This document shows positions 37,459-46,340 of a DNA stretch of 64,000 bases, piece by piece; position 1 is the first letter of the stretch; each line of letters opens with the position of its first letter. This DNA comes from Bryobacterales bacterium (lineage in GTDB: Bacteria; Acidobacteriota; Terriglobia; Bryobacterales; UBA6623), in contig JAPPMB010000041.1 in assembly GCA_028819255.1 (NCBI GenBank), forward strand, positions 33,575-97,574, given 5' to 3'. The notes under the pieces are model-generated. The model was not told the origin of the DNA, searched no databases, and saw only the letters and a program-made list of their open reading frames with translations. The translations under genes and the position numbers were made by a program.

Positions 37459-38314
37459 GATTGGCTAGGGCGCGCAGGGCCCAAGCGGATTCGCCGAACT
37501 CGTCCAGTGCCGAAAGCGCCTCGCAGAGGGCGCGGCCGGCCCGGTCGCGCGATTCCTGTAGCCCGTACAGTGCCGGATACGTCGCCTTCCGCTGTGTCCG
37601 GTCTTTGCCCGCGGTCTTGCCCAGGTCCTCGGAGGACGACACGACGTCCAGGATGTCGTCGACGATCTGGAAGGCGAGCCCGATCCTCGTGCCGAACTCG
37701 CCAAGGGCGCCGAGTCTACGCTCGTCGGCGCCGGCGCAGAGCCCCCCGGCGCGCGCCGAGGCGCGGATCAGGGCGGCTGTCTTGCCGCGGTGGATGGATT
37801 CGAGCCGAAACGCCTCAGGCTCCAGACCTTCGGCCTCCAGATCCGCCATCTGGCCGCCGATCATTCCGTCCTCGGTGCCCCCCGCAGCAGAGAGCTCAGC
37901 CACCAGCGCCACCCGAGTCTCGGCGGGCAGGTCCGCGCCCGCCAGAATCTGAAACGCGAGCGTGAGCAGAGCGTCGCCTGCGAGTATGGCCGCAGCCTCG
38001 CCGTAGACCTTGTGGCAGGTGGGCTTGCCGCGCCTCAATTCGTCGTCGTCGAGTGCGGGCAGGTCGTCGTGGATCAGGGAGTAGGTATGTACGCACTCCA
38101 GTGCGCACGCAGCGCCCAGAACGCGGCCCGAATCCCCGCAGGCCTCGGCTGATGCGATGGCGAGGATCGGGCGGATGCGCTTCCCGCCGGCGAACACGCT
38201 GTGGCGAATGGCCGCCTGCACTGTGGCCCCGGGCCCGTTGCCGAGGGGCAGGAGGAGGTCCAGCTCCCGGTCCACGAGGCGGCGCCTACTGCGCAGGTAT
38301 TCCCCAAGGTCCAC
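37436..38314 (-). CDS. ispA: polyprenyl (farnesyl/geranylgeranyl) diphosphate synthase
   Basis: First Asp-rich motif LIHDDLPALDDDELRRG. Second, FQIVDDILD. Confidence 0.85.
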   Translation of the reverse strand: MDLGEYLRSRRRLVDRELDLLLPLGNGPGATVQAAIRHSVFAGGKRIRPILAIASAEACGDSGRVLGAACALECVHTYSLIHDDLPALDDDELRRGKPTCHKVYGEAAAILAGDALLTLAFQILAGADLPAETRVALVAELSAAGGTEDGMIGGQMADLEAEGLEPEAFRLESIHRGKTAALIRASARAGGLCAGADERRLGALGEFGTRIGLAFQIVDDILDVVSSSEDLGKTAGKDRTQRKATYPALYGLQESRDRAGRALCEALSALDEFGESAWALRALANLIVSRTS

Positions 38315-38395
38315 CGGTCGCGCGCCTAACCAGCGCTGTCGTCGTCGAAGGAAGGCCTCGGGGCGCAGGCGAGCATCCCGGGCTTCCGCGGAAGG

Positions 38396-38644
38396 CTAGA
38401 AAGGGGCGGCCTCATCAACATCGAAAGCCTTCGGAGCGTAGCCGCCATCCTTCTTGGTCAGGATCTCGACCTTCGACTCCGCGTCGTCCAGCTGCTTGCG
38501 CAGCCGGTTGCTCAGCTGCACGCCCTCTTCAAAGAGCTGCAAGGACTGCTCAAGGGCGGTCTCGCCGTCCTCCAGCTGCTTGACGATGCCCTCCAGCTTT
38601 TCGAGACCCTGCTCGAACGGGAGCTGCTGTGGTTCGTCAGGCAT
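38396..38644 (-). CDS. xseB: exodeoxyribonuclease VII small subunit
   Basis: LPFEQGLEKLEGIVKQLEDGETALEQSLQLFEEGVQLSNRLRKQLDDAESKV is the XseB helical hairpin. I chose the start at MPDEPQQ; the longer ORF overlaps the divergent amidase region. Confidence 0.85.
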   Translation of the reverse strand: MPDEPQQLPFEQGLEKLEGIVKQLEDGETALEQSLQLFEEGVQLSNRLRKQLDDAESKVEILTKKDGGYAPKAFDVDEAAPF

Positions 38645-38779
38645 CGGGCGCGAGGCAACTTCATTGTAGCCGTGCCGGAATCGATGCCCTGAATCCGTCA
38701 CGCCGAGTCTCTTCCGCCTCCCGGCCGATGCCGGCAACGCCCATGGTCCGCTGTCCGGACAGAGCCGCGCGGTGCGACA

Positions 38780-40081
38780 ATGGCATCCCGAATGAGGCGC
38801 TGCATGCAGGCTTTCCCGTGGTCGCTTTCCGAAATCGAGTCCCACGAGGGACGAGGCGAGTTGCTCGACGGTCGAATGGTGCGGGCTTCGGAAGCCGCCA
38901 TCGAGGCTCTGGAACCCAGCATCCACGCCTGGGCGTGGCTCGGCCTCGAACAGGCCCACCGGAGGGCGCTTACCCTCGCGGACTCGGGTCAGGCCCGATC
39001 AGCCGGCCCTCTGTTCGGCGTTCCGTACGCCGTGAAGGACATTTTCGACACGGCTGGAATCCCGACGGAATGGGGCACCGAGACGCAGCGCGGACGCGTT
39101 CCGCGGAAGGACTGTGCACTCGTGTCCCGACTGAACTCGCTGGGGGCGGTTCTGCTCGGAAAGACGCACACGACGGCCTTTGCGTACTTCGACGCCGCTC
39201 CCACGAGGAATCCCCACCACGTAGGCCATACCCCGGGCGGCTCGTCCAGCGGTTCGGCGGCCGCGGTCGCGGCCGGCATGGTGCCACTCGCCGTCGGCAG
39301 CCAGACGCAGGGCTCGGTCCTCCGCCCCGCCTCGTTCTGCGGCATTTGCGGATTCAAGCCCACCTACGCGCTACTCCCTCTCGCGGGGGTCATGCCGTTC
39401 GCGCCGGACCTAGACCATGCCGGGCTCTTCGCGCGCTCGGCAGCCGACATCAGGGTCGCATGGTCGGCTCTGGGGTACGACTCCGCGGCTGCGCCTGCCA
39501 AGGCTGTGACGGCAATCGACTGGCCACCGGGCGAACCGGTCGACCCTGAAATGGCGGCTGCTTTCCAGTCAGCCATGCGGCGTCTGTCCGAAGCGGGGCT
39601 ACGGGTGAACCACTGTGCGCGTCCCGGATTCCTTGACGCGCTTCCGGACGCAATCCGCCGGGTCATGACATTTGAGGCCGCAGGGGAGCATGGCGACCGC
39701 TATCGCGAATTCGGACACAGGATGGGCCGAAAGCTGTCGGAGCTGCTGGGCGAGGGCCTCCGGATGGACGCGACCGCCTACCATCGGGGCTTGGACCGGC
39801 TGCACGCGGCTCGCGTCGCATTCGGCGAGTGGGCCGGGACGGACACCGTCATCGCGACCCCTGCTGCGCCCGGCGCTGCACCCGCCGGCCTCGAATCGAC
39901 CGGCGACCCCAGATGCAACGCGCCGTTCACCGCCCTCGGGACTCCCGCGGTCTCGATTCCGATGCCTGTTGGGGCGGGCGGACTCCCCTTGGGGCTGCAG
40001 CTCGTCGCTGGCAAGCATCAGGACAGCCGTCTGCTCGCCACGGCGGCACTGTGCGAGCGGCTACTGGAGACCGCCGCCTGA
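38780..40081 (+). CDS. amidase-signature family protein
   Basis: GVPYAVKDIFDTAGIPT, GGSSSGSAAAVAAG (GGSS(G/S)GS amidase signature). Confidence 0.8.
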   Translation: MASRMRRCMQAFPWSLSEIESHEGRGELLDGRMVRASEAAIEALEPSIHAWAWLGLEQAHRRALTLADSGQARSAGPLFGVPYAVKDIFDTAGIPTEWGTETQRGRVPRKDCALVSRLNSLGAVLLGKTHTTAFAYFDAAPTRNPHHVGHTPGGSSSGSAAAVAAGMVPLAVGSQTQGSVLRPASFCGICGFKPTYALLPLAGVMPFAPDLDHAGLFARSAADIRVAWSALGYDSAAAPAKAVTAIDWPPGEPVDPEMAAAFQSAMRRLSEAGLRVNHCARPGFLDALPDAIRRVMTFEAAGEHGDRYREFGHRMGRKLSELLGEGLRMDATAYHRGLDRLHAARVAFGEWAGTDTVIATPAAPGAAPAGLESTGDPRCNAPFTALGTPAVSIPMPVGAGGLPLGLQLVAGKHQDSRLLATAALCERLLETAA

Positions 40082-40182
40082 GAACGGGCGTCTTCCATCC
40101 AGTCGGATTCGCGGCAGGGCCGAGAACAGAAGCGATTGCGCCCGCGTGCTTGCTCATTTCCCCGATCTGCAGCACTCTTCCA

Positions 40183-40938
40183 TCAATTCGCTGTAGGACC
40201 GGGCCTTGGCCCTGTCCCGGCGTCGAAGCCGATGAGCGGCGGACTATGCATGAAGTCGTCCCAGAAGGGATCGCCGTGCTGCGCCGGATCGAGTTCGAAA
40301 GGAACCCAGCGGAAGTCCCGGAAACCGGCCTCGCGAAAGGCTTCCTCGTAGGTTGCCGGGGAATGGTAGTAGTTCGAGAACTCGAAGCTTCCGTCCGATC
40401 CGAAGAACCTGTAGCGCACGGCGTCGCCCTCACGAGGCGGCGTCCCATCGCAACCGCGCTCAAAACCGTACTTCAGGTAGGCGACCGCTCCGCCCGGCGC
40501 CACATGCGGGTTGTCGTTCAGTCCCACGAAGCGGCCGCTCCCGCGAAGGCAGTTGCGAGCTGCGAGGCATAGGCGGACAAGTTCCGCACGCGTCTTCGCG
40601 TAGTTGAGGAGGTAGGCGGCCACGACGAGTTCGACGGGCTCGGCGGGCACAAAGTTCGCCGCATCGGCCTGGACGTACGAGCACCCGAGCGGCCGGCGGC
40701 GCTCGCTTTCGTCCGCCAGCCGGATCATTTCGGCCGAGATATCCACTCCCGTCACATGCGAGGCGCCGGCCTTCTTGAGCTTCCTCGTGTAGAAACCGTC
40801 CCCACAGGCCAGATCGACAATCCGCAAGCCCCCAACGTCACCCAGCATTCGAAAGAGCGAGTACCTTTCGAGATGATCGCGAAAAGGCAATCGCTTGGAG
40901 TCACGGTACTGGCGCGCGATGGAATCGTATTCGGCCAT
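40183..40938 (-). CDS. class I SAM-dependent methyltransferase
   Basis: Motif I RIVDLACGDGFYT, then VTGVDISAEMI. Confidence 0.8.
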   Translation of the reverse strand: MAEYDSIARQYRDSKRLPFRDHLERYSLFRMLGDVGGLRIVDLACGDGFYTRKLKKAGASHVTGVDISAEMIRLADESERRRPLGCSYVQADAANFVPAEPVELVVAAYLLNYAKTRAELVRLCLAARNCLRGSGRFVGLNDNPHVAPGGAVAYLKYGFERGCDGTPPREGDAVRYRFFGSDGSFEFSNYYHSPATYEEAFREAGFRDFRWVPFELDPAQHGDPFWDDFMHSPPLIGFDAGTGPRPGPTAN

Positions 40939-41054
40939 GCTTCAGCTTAACACTCGTGCGGGCCGTGTCATTCGCTCTGTGAGAGCGCTGTCCGCGATCT
41001 TGCGCCGCCATCCTCGTTCCTGGCCGGGCTGGAAGGCCAGCGGAAAGAAGGAAG

Positions 41055-41083
41055 ATGACGAAGACACTGCGTTGGTGTATAAT
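41055..41083 (+). promoter_or_regulatory. sigma70-like promoter candidate for the NYN gene
   Basis: Perfect TATAAT at 41078-41083. ATGACG (4/6 to TTGACA) at 41055-41060 with a 17-nt spacer. The predicted start gives a ~34-nt leader to ATG 41124. Confidence 0.35.
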
Positions 41084-41123
41084 CTCCTCAGTCGGCTGTT
41101 CAGACAACCCTTACCATCTCAGT

Positions 41124-42623
41124 ATGCAGATGCCAACCCACAATGAGCCATTGCGATCAGCTGTATTCGTGGACTTCGATAATATATTTATTGGATTACG
41201 GGATGACTATGGAGAGAAGATTGCGAACTATTTTGCGACCAATCCAAATCGGTGGTTGGACTGGATATCTCGAATTCCGAATGATAGGGTCAGCTCTGAT
41301 ATCACTCGACGAGTGATTCTGAGAAAATGCTATTTGAATCCTGCAGCGTTTTCGCAGTTTCGCATTGATTTTGTTCGCGCCGCATTTGAGGTCGTTGACT
41401 GCCCGTCACTGACAGCGCAGGGGAAAAGTTCTGCAGACATTCACATGGTCCTTGATATCATCGATGCTCTAGAACAGAAGCCGACTTTCGAGGAGTTCAT
41501 TTTGATGTCTGCAGATTCGGACTTTTCACCGGTCCTGCTCCGCCTCAGGCGATTTGATCGACGATTGATGGTAATTACGCCAAGTGATGCCTCAAAGGCA
41601 TATACTCAGATTGCAGATACTGTAATTGAATCAGATGACTTTGTAACGCAAGCGCTAGAGGCTCATGGCCTAGAAGGGAATGTAGATGCGCATGATCAGC
41701 ACCGACTTAGACAGCTTGCCGAGAAACTCGAAGACTCGATTACTAGGAATGATGGGTCTATTCTAAGACACCAAGTCCATGCCGTGTTTAAGAATGAGGC
41801 TGATTTTGCGGAGAGCAACTGGTATGGATTCTACAGTTCAATTGCCCTTGTGAATGCCTTGGTGAGCCAGAACCGACGACTAGTGGTTGTTAGGAAAAGC
41901 GATGAACCGTGGTCAGTTGAATTGCGCAGTCTCACTGTGAGAAGCTCACGTAGTCCCGATATAGTGGAGGAAATTGATCAATTCATAAAGTCCCAATTAT
42001 CACTTGCGTCCCAACCTATATCCGGTGCATCCTTGGCCCATACTCTGCAGCAACGATTTCCCAGACAGACGTGGTTCGGATTTCCAAATTTCGGCTCGTT
42101 CATCGAGGATTCTGTGAGAAGGATTGGGCTAAAATACGACAAGGCGGGAAGTCACGACGTTATCTGGGATCCCGAGCGCCATCAGCCACCACCAATACAA
42201 ACGGACGATTCGAGTAGAAATCATCTGATCGGTAGAGAACATACCGACCTACATGAGTTTGTTCAGCGTCTCCATAGGAATTACAATATTCCCCCACTCC
42301 GCTCAAGAGTATATTGCCGGATTTTTGAAGTTATTCTAGAATCTGTATCATCAAAGGGTTTCTTCCATGTGAACACGACGTCAAAGCATGTCCGTGATCG
42401 ATTAGTTACAGAAGGGTATTCCGTCAGCAGAAAAGCGATCCACTTTATCCTCCGAGGTCTACAGAACGAAAATCTCAACTTTGAAGAGTATCAAAGCCTT
42501 AAGGCAATTGATCTAGCAACGCGTTTCAGTTCCAATATATCCAAACTAGTCAACACTTCCCACGTTAAACTGAGCCGCAGGGAACAGATGATGATTGAGG
42601 ATTGGATTCTTCCACGAGCATAG
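41124..42623 (+). CDS. NYN (LabA-like, PIN-fold) ribonuclease domain protein with ~320-aa helical C-terminal extension (OST-HTH/LOTUS-like repeats?)
   Basis: AVFVDFDN, GKSSADIHMVLDIIDAL and FILMSADSDFSPVLLRLRR are the conserved Asp positions of NYN. The ORF is open from 41055, but that ATG sits in the putative -35, so I prefer ATG 41124. No clear RBS. Confidence 0.75.
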   Translation: MQMPTHNEPLRSAVFVDFDNIFIGLRDDYGEKIANYFATNPNRWLDWISRIPNDRVSSDITRRVILRKCYLNPAAFSQFRIDFVRAAFEVVDCPSLTAQGKSSADIHMVLDIIDALEQKPTFEEFILMSADSDFSPVLLRLRRFDRRLMVITPSDASKAYTQIADTVIESDDFVTQALEAHGLEGNVDAHDQHRLRQLAEKLEDSITRNDGSILRHQVHAVFKNEADFAESNWYGFYSSIALVNALVSQNRRLVVVRKSDEPWSVELRSLTVRSSRSPDIVEEIDQFIKSQLSLASQPISGASLAHTLQQRFPRQTWFGFPNFGSFIEDSVRRIGLKYDKAGSHDVIWDPERHQPPPIQTDDSSRNHLIGREHTDLHEFVQRLHRNYNIPPLRSRVYCRIFEVILESVSSKGFFHVNTTSKHVRDRLVTEGYSVSRKAIHFILRGLQNENLNFEEYQSLKAIDLATRFSSNISKLVNTSHVKLSRREQMMIEDWILPRA

Positions 42624-42790
42624 TCGTGAACATTGTGGTCGGCGATCACCTCGGCCAAGGATTCGGTCAGCCTGCGGACTATCCCTGGAATTCGCGCTAC
42701 TATGGCTCCTCGTGCATCGGACCAATGCCTGCTGCCGGATCGGCACCGGGCAGGCAAGACCATTCCATTGTCAGGACATGTGTGCCTCGT

Positions 42791-43178
42791 GGCGATCTGC
42801 CCGGATTGGAGCAGCGCATTCGAGCCTTGTACGACAGCATTCCCTACGAGTGGCGCACGCGCAATGAGATAGTCACGCTACGAGGGGTACTACTCGAGTG
42901 GGTTCTACGGCTACAACTCGGGCTTCGATGTCGACGTGACGGCGGAGGACAGCAGCAACCGCGGACGGCTGGACTTGGCTGTGCGTACGGGCGGCCACAT
43001 GTACCTGTTCAAATTCAAGACGTGGCAGGAGAAGCGCAGCGGCGCGGCGCAGGAGCAGCTCAAGGAACGGGACTACGCGGCCAAGTACCGTCTCCTCGGG
43101 CTGCCGATCCATTTGGTAGGCATGGAGTTCCGCTCTCAAATACGCAATGTGGAAGTGTTTGAGAGCGCACTCGCCTGA
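42791..43178 (+). pseudogene. frameshifted C-terminal remnant of a PD-(D/E)XK nuclease (PDDEXK_9 / DUF1703-type, normally fused to an AAA-ATPase-like N-domain)
   Basis: Frame 2 reads GDLPGLEQRIRALYDSIPYEWRTRNEI up to 42871. After 4 nt (gtca) frame 3 continues RYEGYYSSGFYGYNSGFDVDVTAEDSSNRGRLDLAVRTGGHMYLFKFK...GLPIHLVGMEFRSQIRNVEVFE. The N-terminal ATPase half is absent. The usual LFEFK reads LFKFK. Confidence 0.6.
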
Positions 43179-43615
43179 CCCGGCGCCGGGAGGCCGGTGC
43201 AATCACAGGCAAACCGACAGGCGAGACCAGCTGTTCCGCAGGACGCTACGCGGCCGCGGCTAGCGACGGACGCGAGTGCGGCTCCAGCATAGGTTGCACG
43301 AGACCGACAGCGTGCGTGGCTGCGCCACCTGTCTCTTCAGACCGCTAACCGCGACGCCCAGGCAGATCTTGAAATGCTGGCGGCGGTACCGGACCGACCA
43401 ATCCAGGCGATGAGCCTGCCGCCCGACGCCCGACGGGCCCAGACGCCGCCCCGGCCAGAATACCCAATCGGAAGTGCTGCTAATCTTGAGTCAGGGAGCC
43501 CCGTTGGGTGCGCCGCCCGCTGCCGCTGCCGCGTTTGGCGCGTGGCGCGGCTTGACCGCCGCTTCGCCAATCCGAAACGTATCCAGCGGGATCCTCTTTG
43601 GGACGGAGAACGACC

Positions 43616-43990
43616 ATGACCCTGGACTTCACCAAATGCGATGGACTCGTGCCTGTGATTGTTCAGGATCATCATGACGGCCGTGTGCTCATGCTTGGAT
43701 TCATGAACGAGGAAGCCTTCGGGAAGACCGTCGAGTCAGGCAAGGTGACGTTCTACAGCCGGACGCGCAACACGCTTTGGACCAAGGGAGAGACCTCAGG
43801 GCACCACCTTCAGGTAAAGCGCATCGAGGTCGATTGCGATCTGGACACCCTTCTGGTCCACGCGGTGGCATTCGGCCCAGGCGTGTGCCACGCGGGATTC
43901 CGCAGCTGCTTTTACCGGCGGCTGGACGGCGAGGCGTGGGTGCGGCACAAAGAGCCCTCGTACGATCCGGCCAGCGTGTACGGCAGCTGA
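43616..43990 (+). CDS. hisI: phosphoribosyl-AMP cyclohydrolase
   Basis: GLVPVIVQD, MLGFMNEEA, FYSRTRNTLWTKGETSGH, VDCDLDTLL, GPGVCH. GGAG lies 7 nt upstream of ATG 43616. Confidence 0.85.
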   Translation: MTLDFTKCDGLVPVIVQDHHDGRVLMLGFMNEEAFGKTVESGKVTFYSRTRNTLWTKGETSGHHLQVKRIEVDCDLDTLLVHAVAFGPGVCHAGFRSCFYRRLDGEAWVRHKEPSYDPASVYGS

Positions 43991-44011
43991 GACCGCGGCA
44001 TCGGACCGGAC

Positions 44012-45286
44012 ATGCTCCGCGTTATTGCCAGCCGGGACGGCGAGGCCGTGGACGCAATTCTCCGCGGGCGGGCCAGCCGGCTCTCCGAGGCGGAGCGCGT
44101 GGTCGGCCCCATCCTCGAGGCGGTCCGCGATCGAGGCGATGAGGCGCTCTTTGAATACGCGCGTCGGCTCGATGGCCTTGAGTCTCCTCCCGCCCGGGTT
44201 CCCGAGTCCTCCCTGCAGGAAGCCCTTGAGTCCTTGCAGCCGCCGTTCGTTGCCGCGGCGCGGGTTGCCGCGGCGCGCATTCGTTCATATGCGGAACACC
44301 AGATGCCGTCGGAATGGATGGTGCCCGCCGGTCAGGGGATCGAGCTCGGCCAGCTTGTCCGTCCGCTCGCCTCGATCGGTGCATACATTCCGGGAGGAAG
44401 GTATCCGCTGCCGTCGACGGTGATGATGACCGCAGTGCCTGCCCTGGCGGCGGGAGTGCGGCGCATTGCGATTGCCTCGCCCAGGCCCTCACTTGAAACG
44501 CTCGGCACCGCGGCCCTGCTGGGGTTGCGAGAAGTGCATGCCGTGGGTGGGGCACAGGCCGTGGCGGCTTTGGCTTTCGGGACAGAGAGCATTCCCAGTG
44601 TCGACCGGATCGTAGGTCCCGGCAACGTTTACGTCGCGGCGGCCAAGAGGCTGCTCGCCGGCACCGCGGCCATTGATTTTGTTGCCGGGCCCACGGAGAT
44701 CGTCCTGGTGTTCGACAAGGGGAACTCGAAGGCGCTCGCCGCGGACATGCTGGCACAGGCCGAGCATGATGTCGATGCGGCTGCCGTCCTGCTCACACCC
44801 TCAGCCAAACTGGCCTCCGCCGTGGCCTCCGAGATCGAGCGGCAGATCCGCACGCTGCCGACCCGGGAAGTGGCGGTCCGGTCGATTCGGGCCAACAGCG
44901 CCGCCATCGTGACCGAGTCCCTGCAGGAAGCCTGCGACATTGCCAATCGCCTTGCCCCGGAACACCTAGCGGTGAGCGAGGCCGTCCCGCTATCCGAGGT
45001 CCGAAACGCCGGGAGCGTCTTCGTGGGGACCTGGAGTCCCGAGGCGGCCGGCGACTACGCGGCCGGCCCCAATCACGTTCTGCCGACCAGCGGCGCGTCC
45101 CGCGTACGAGGCGGCCTGAGCGTCCTTGACTACGTCAAAGTCATCTCCGTACAGAGGCTCACGGAGGAAGGCCTGCGAGGACTCGCTCCCGCGATCGCGA
45201 CACTCGCCCGGGCCGAGGGCCTCGAGGCGCACGCCAGGTCGATCGAAGTGCGAACCGGACCGCTTGGAGGAGCAAGCCGTGCCTAG
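44012..45286 (+). CDS. hisD: histidinol dehydrogenase
   Basis: GAYIPGGRYPLPSTVMM, VDRIVGPGNVYV, AGPTEIVL, QAEHD, APEHL, GDYAAGPNHVLPT. Confidence 0.9.
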   Translation: MLRVIASRDGEAVDAILRGRASRLSEAERVVGPILEAVRDRGDEALFEYARRLDGLESPPARVPESSLQEALESLQPPFVAAARVAAARIRSYAEHQMPSEWMVPAGQGIELGQLVRPLASIGAYIPGGRYPLPSTVMMTAVPALAAGVRRIAIASPRPSLETLGTAALLGLREVHAVGGAQAVAALAFGTESIPSVDRIVGPGNVYVAAAKRLLAGTAAIDFVAGPTEIVLVFDKGNSKALAADMLAQAEHDVDAAAVLLTPSAKLASAVASEIERQIRTLPTREVAVRSIRANSAAIVTESLQEACDIANRLAPEHLAVSEAVPLSEVRNAGSVFVGTWSPEAAGDYAAGPNHVLPTSGASRVRGGLSVLDYVKVISVQRLTEEGLRGLAPAIATLARAEGLEAHARSIEVRTGPLGGASRA

Positions 45287-46340
45287 TGCCCCGAAACCCC
45301 GGGAGGCGGTCGAGCGAATGGCGCCTTACAATCCGCCGCTCGAGGGCCGTCGCGAGAAGCTCCGCCTGGACTTCAATGAGAATGTCGAAGGCTGCTCCCC
45401 CGCAGTGCTCCGGGTCCTTCGCGACACCGCGACTCGCGGATTCATATCGACCTATCCGGAGTACAGCAAGGCGCGCCGCAGGCTGGGCACCCACCTAGGG
45501 GTCGGCGAGGACCAGGTGATCATGGGCGCCGGCACGGACGAGGTGATCAGCGCGGTGATGCACGCCTACGTGGATCCTGGCGACGAGGTCGTCATCCCGG
45601 ATCCGTCATTTAGCATGCTCGCCTTCTACACCCAGCTCGTCGGCGGCATTCCCAGGCTGGTGCCTTACCGCGGCCGGGACTTCGCATTTCCCGCCCGGGA
45701 GATCATCCGGGCCGTCGGGCCGCGCACGAGGGCAATCTGCATCGCGACGCCGAACAATCCGACGGGAGGCGTTCTCTCGCTCCACCAGGCGGAGCGGATC
45801 CTAGAGGCGGCGGACGGCTGCGCGGTCCTCTTCGACGAGGCGTACTTCGACTTCCACGGCGAGTCCATGCTGGGACTTCTGCCGCGCTTCCCCAATCTCT
45901 TCGTGGCCCGGACGTTCTCGAAGGCCTACGGCATGGCCGGGCTGCGGATCGGCGTGCTGGCATCGAGAGCCGAGAACATCGCGATCGTGCAGAAGGGCCA
46001 GTCCCCGTATGGCGTCAATTCGCTCGCTGTCCGCTGCGCCATGGCCGCGATTGAGGACGAGGCCTACGTGCGAAATTATGTGAGGGAGGCACTGCAGGCT
46101 CGCGAGATCCTGTGCAGGACCTTGGATGAGCTCGGCATCCGGTACTGGCCGAGCCGCGGCAACTTCGTGCTGTTCGAACTGGGCGAAGGGTCGCGGCAGA
46201 TCTGCTCGGAGCTCTCCGCGAGCGGCATCCTAATCCGGGACCAGTCGAGCAGGATTCCCGGGGCTGCCCGCGTAACGGTCGGCCCGCTCAAGCACGCGGT
46301 CCGCTTCCTCACGGCCCTGAGGGAGGTCACGGGACGATGA
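45279..46340 (+). CDS. hisC: histidinol-phosphate aminotransferase
   Basis: LDFNEN, NPNNPTG-like TPNNPTGG, RTFSKAYGMAGLRIG (PLP lysine). GTG at 45279 is preceded by GGAGG. 8-nt overlap with hisD. Confidence 0.85.
   Translation: MPSAPKPREAVERMAPYNPPLEGRREKLRLDFNENVEGCSPAVLRVLRDTATRGFISTYPEYSKARRRLGTHLGVGEDQVIMGAGTDEVISAVMHAYVDPGDEVVIPDPSFSMLAFYTQLVGGIPRLVPYRGRDFAFPAREIIRAVGPRTRAICIATPNNPTGGVLSLHQAERILEAADGCAVLFDEAYFDFHGESMLGLLPRFPNLFVARTFSKAYGMAGLRIGVLASRAENIAIVQKGQSPYGVNSLAVRCAMAAIEDEAYVRNYVREALQAREILCRTLDELGIRYWPSRGNFVLFELGEGSRQICSELSASGILIRDQSSRIPGAARVTVGPLKHAVRFLTALREVTGR

Larger units (their letters stand above)
41040..42640. other. second compositionally foreign low-GC islet (single gene, no mobility gene)
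   Basis: Counted G+C is 45% in line 41221-41280 and 35% in line 42301-42360. Flanking genes are GC-rich like the rest of the window. Confidence 0.65.

Noticed and set aside
40980-43168. 9-bp direct repeat TGAGAGCGC (40980-40988 and 43160-43168) as possible att sites for the NYN islet plus the PD-(D/E)XK remnant.
   Set aside because: I searched broad windows (hundreds of bp on each side). A 9-mer match there is expected by chance at roughly even odds. The right copy also lies inside the remnant coding sequence. Not convincing.
43179-43615. Histidine-operon leader peptide/attenuator in the 437-bp region upstream of hisI.
   Set aside because: There is no run of His codons or small leader ORF with an RBS, and no terminator/antiterminator pair was evident by eye.
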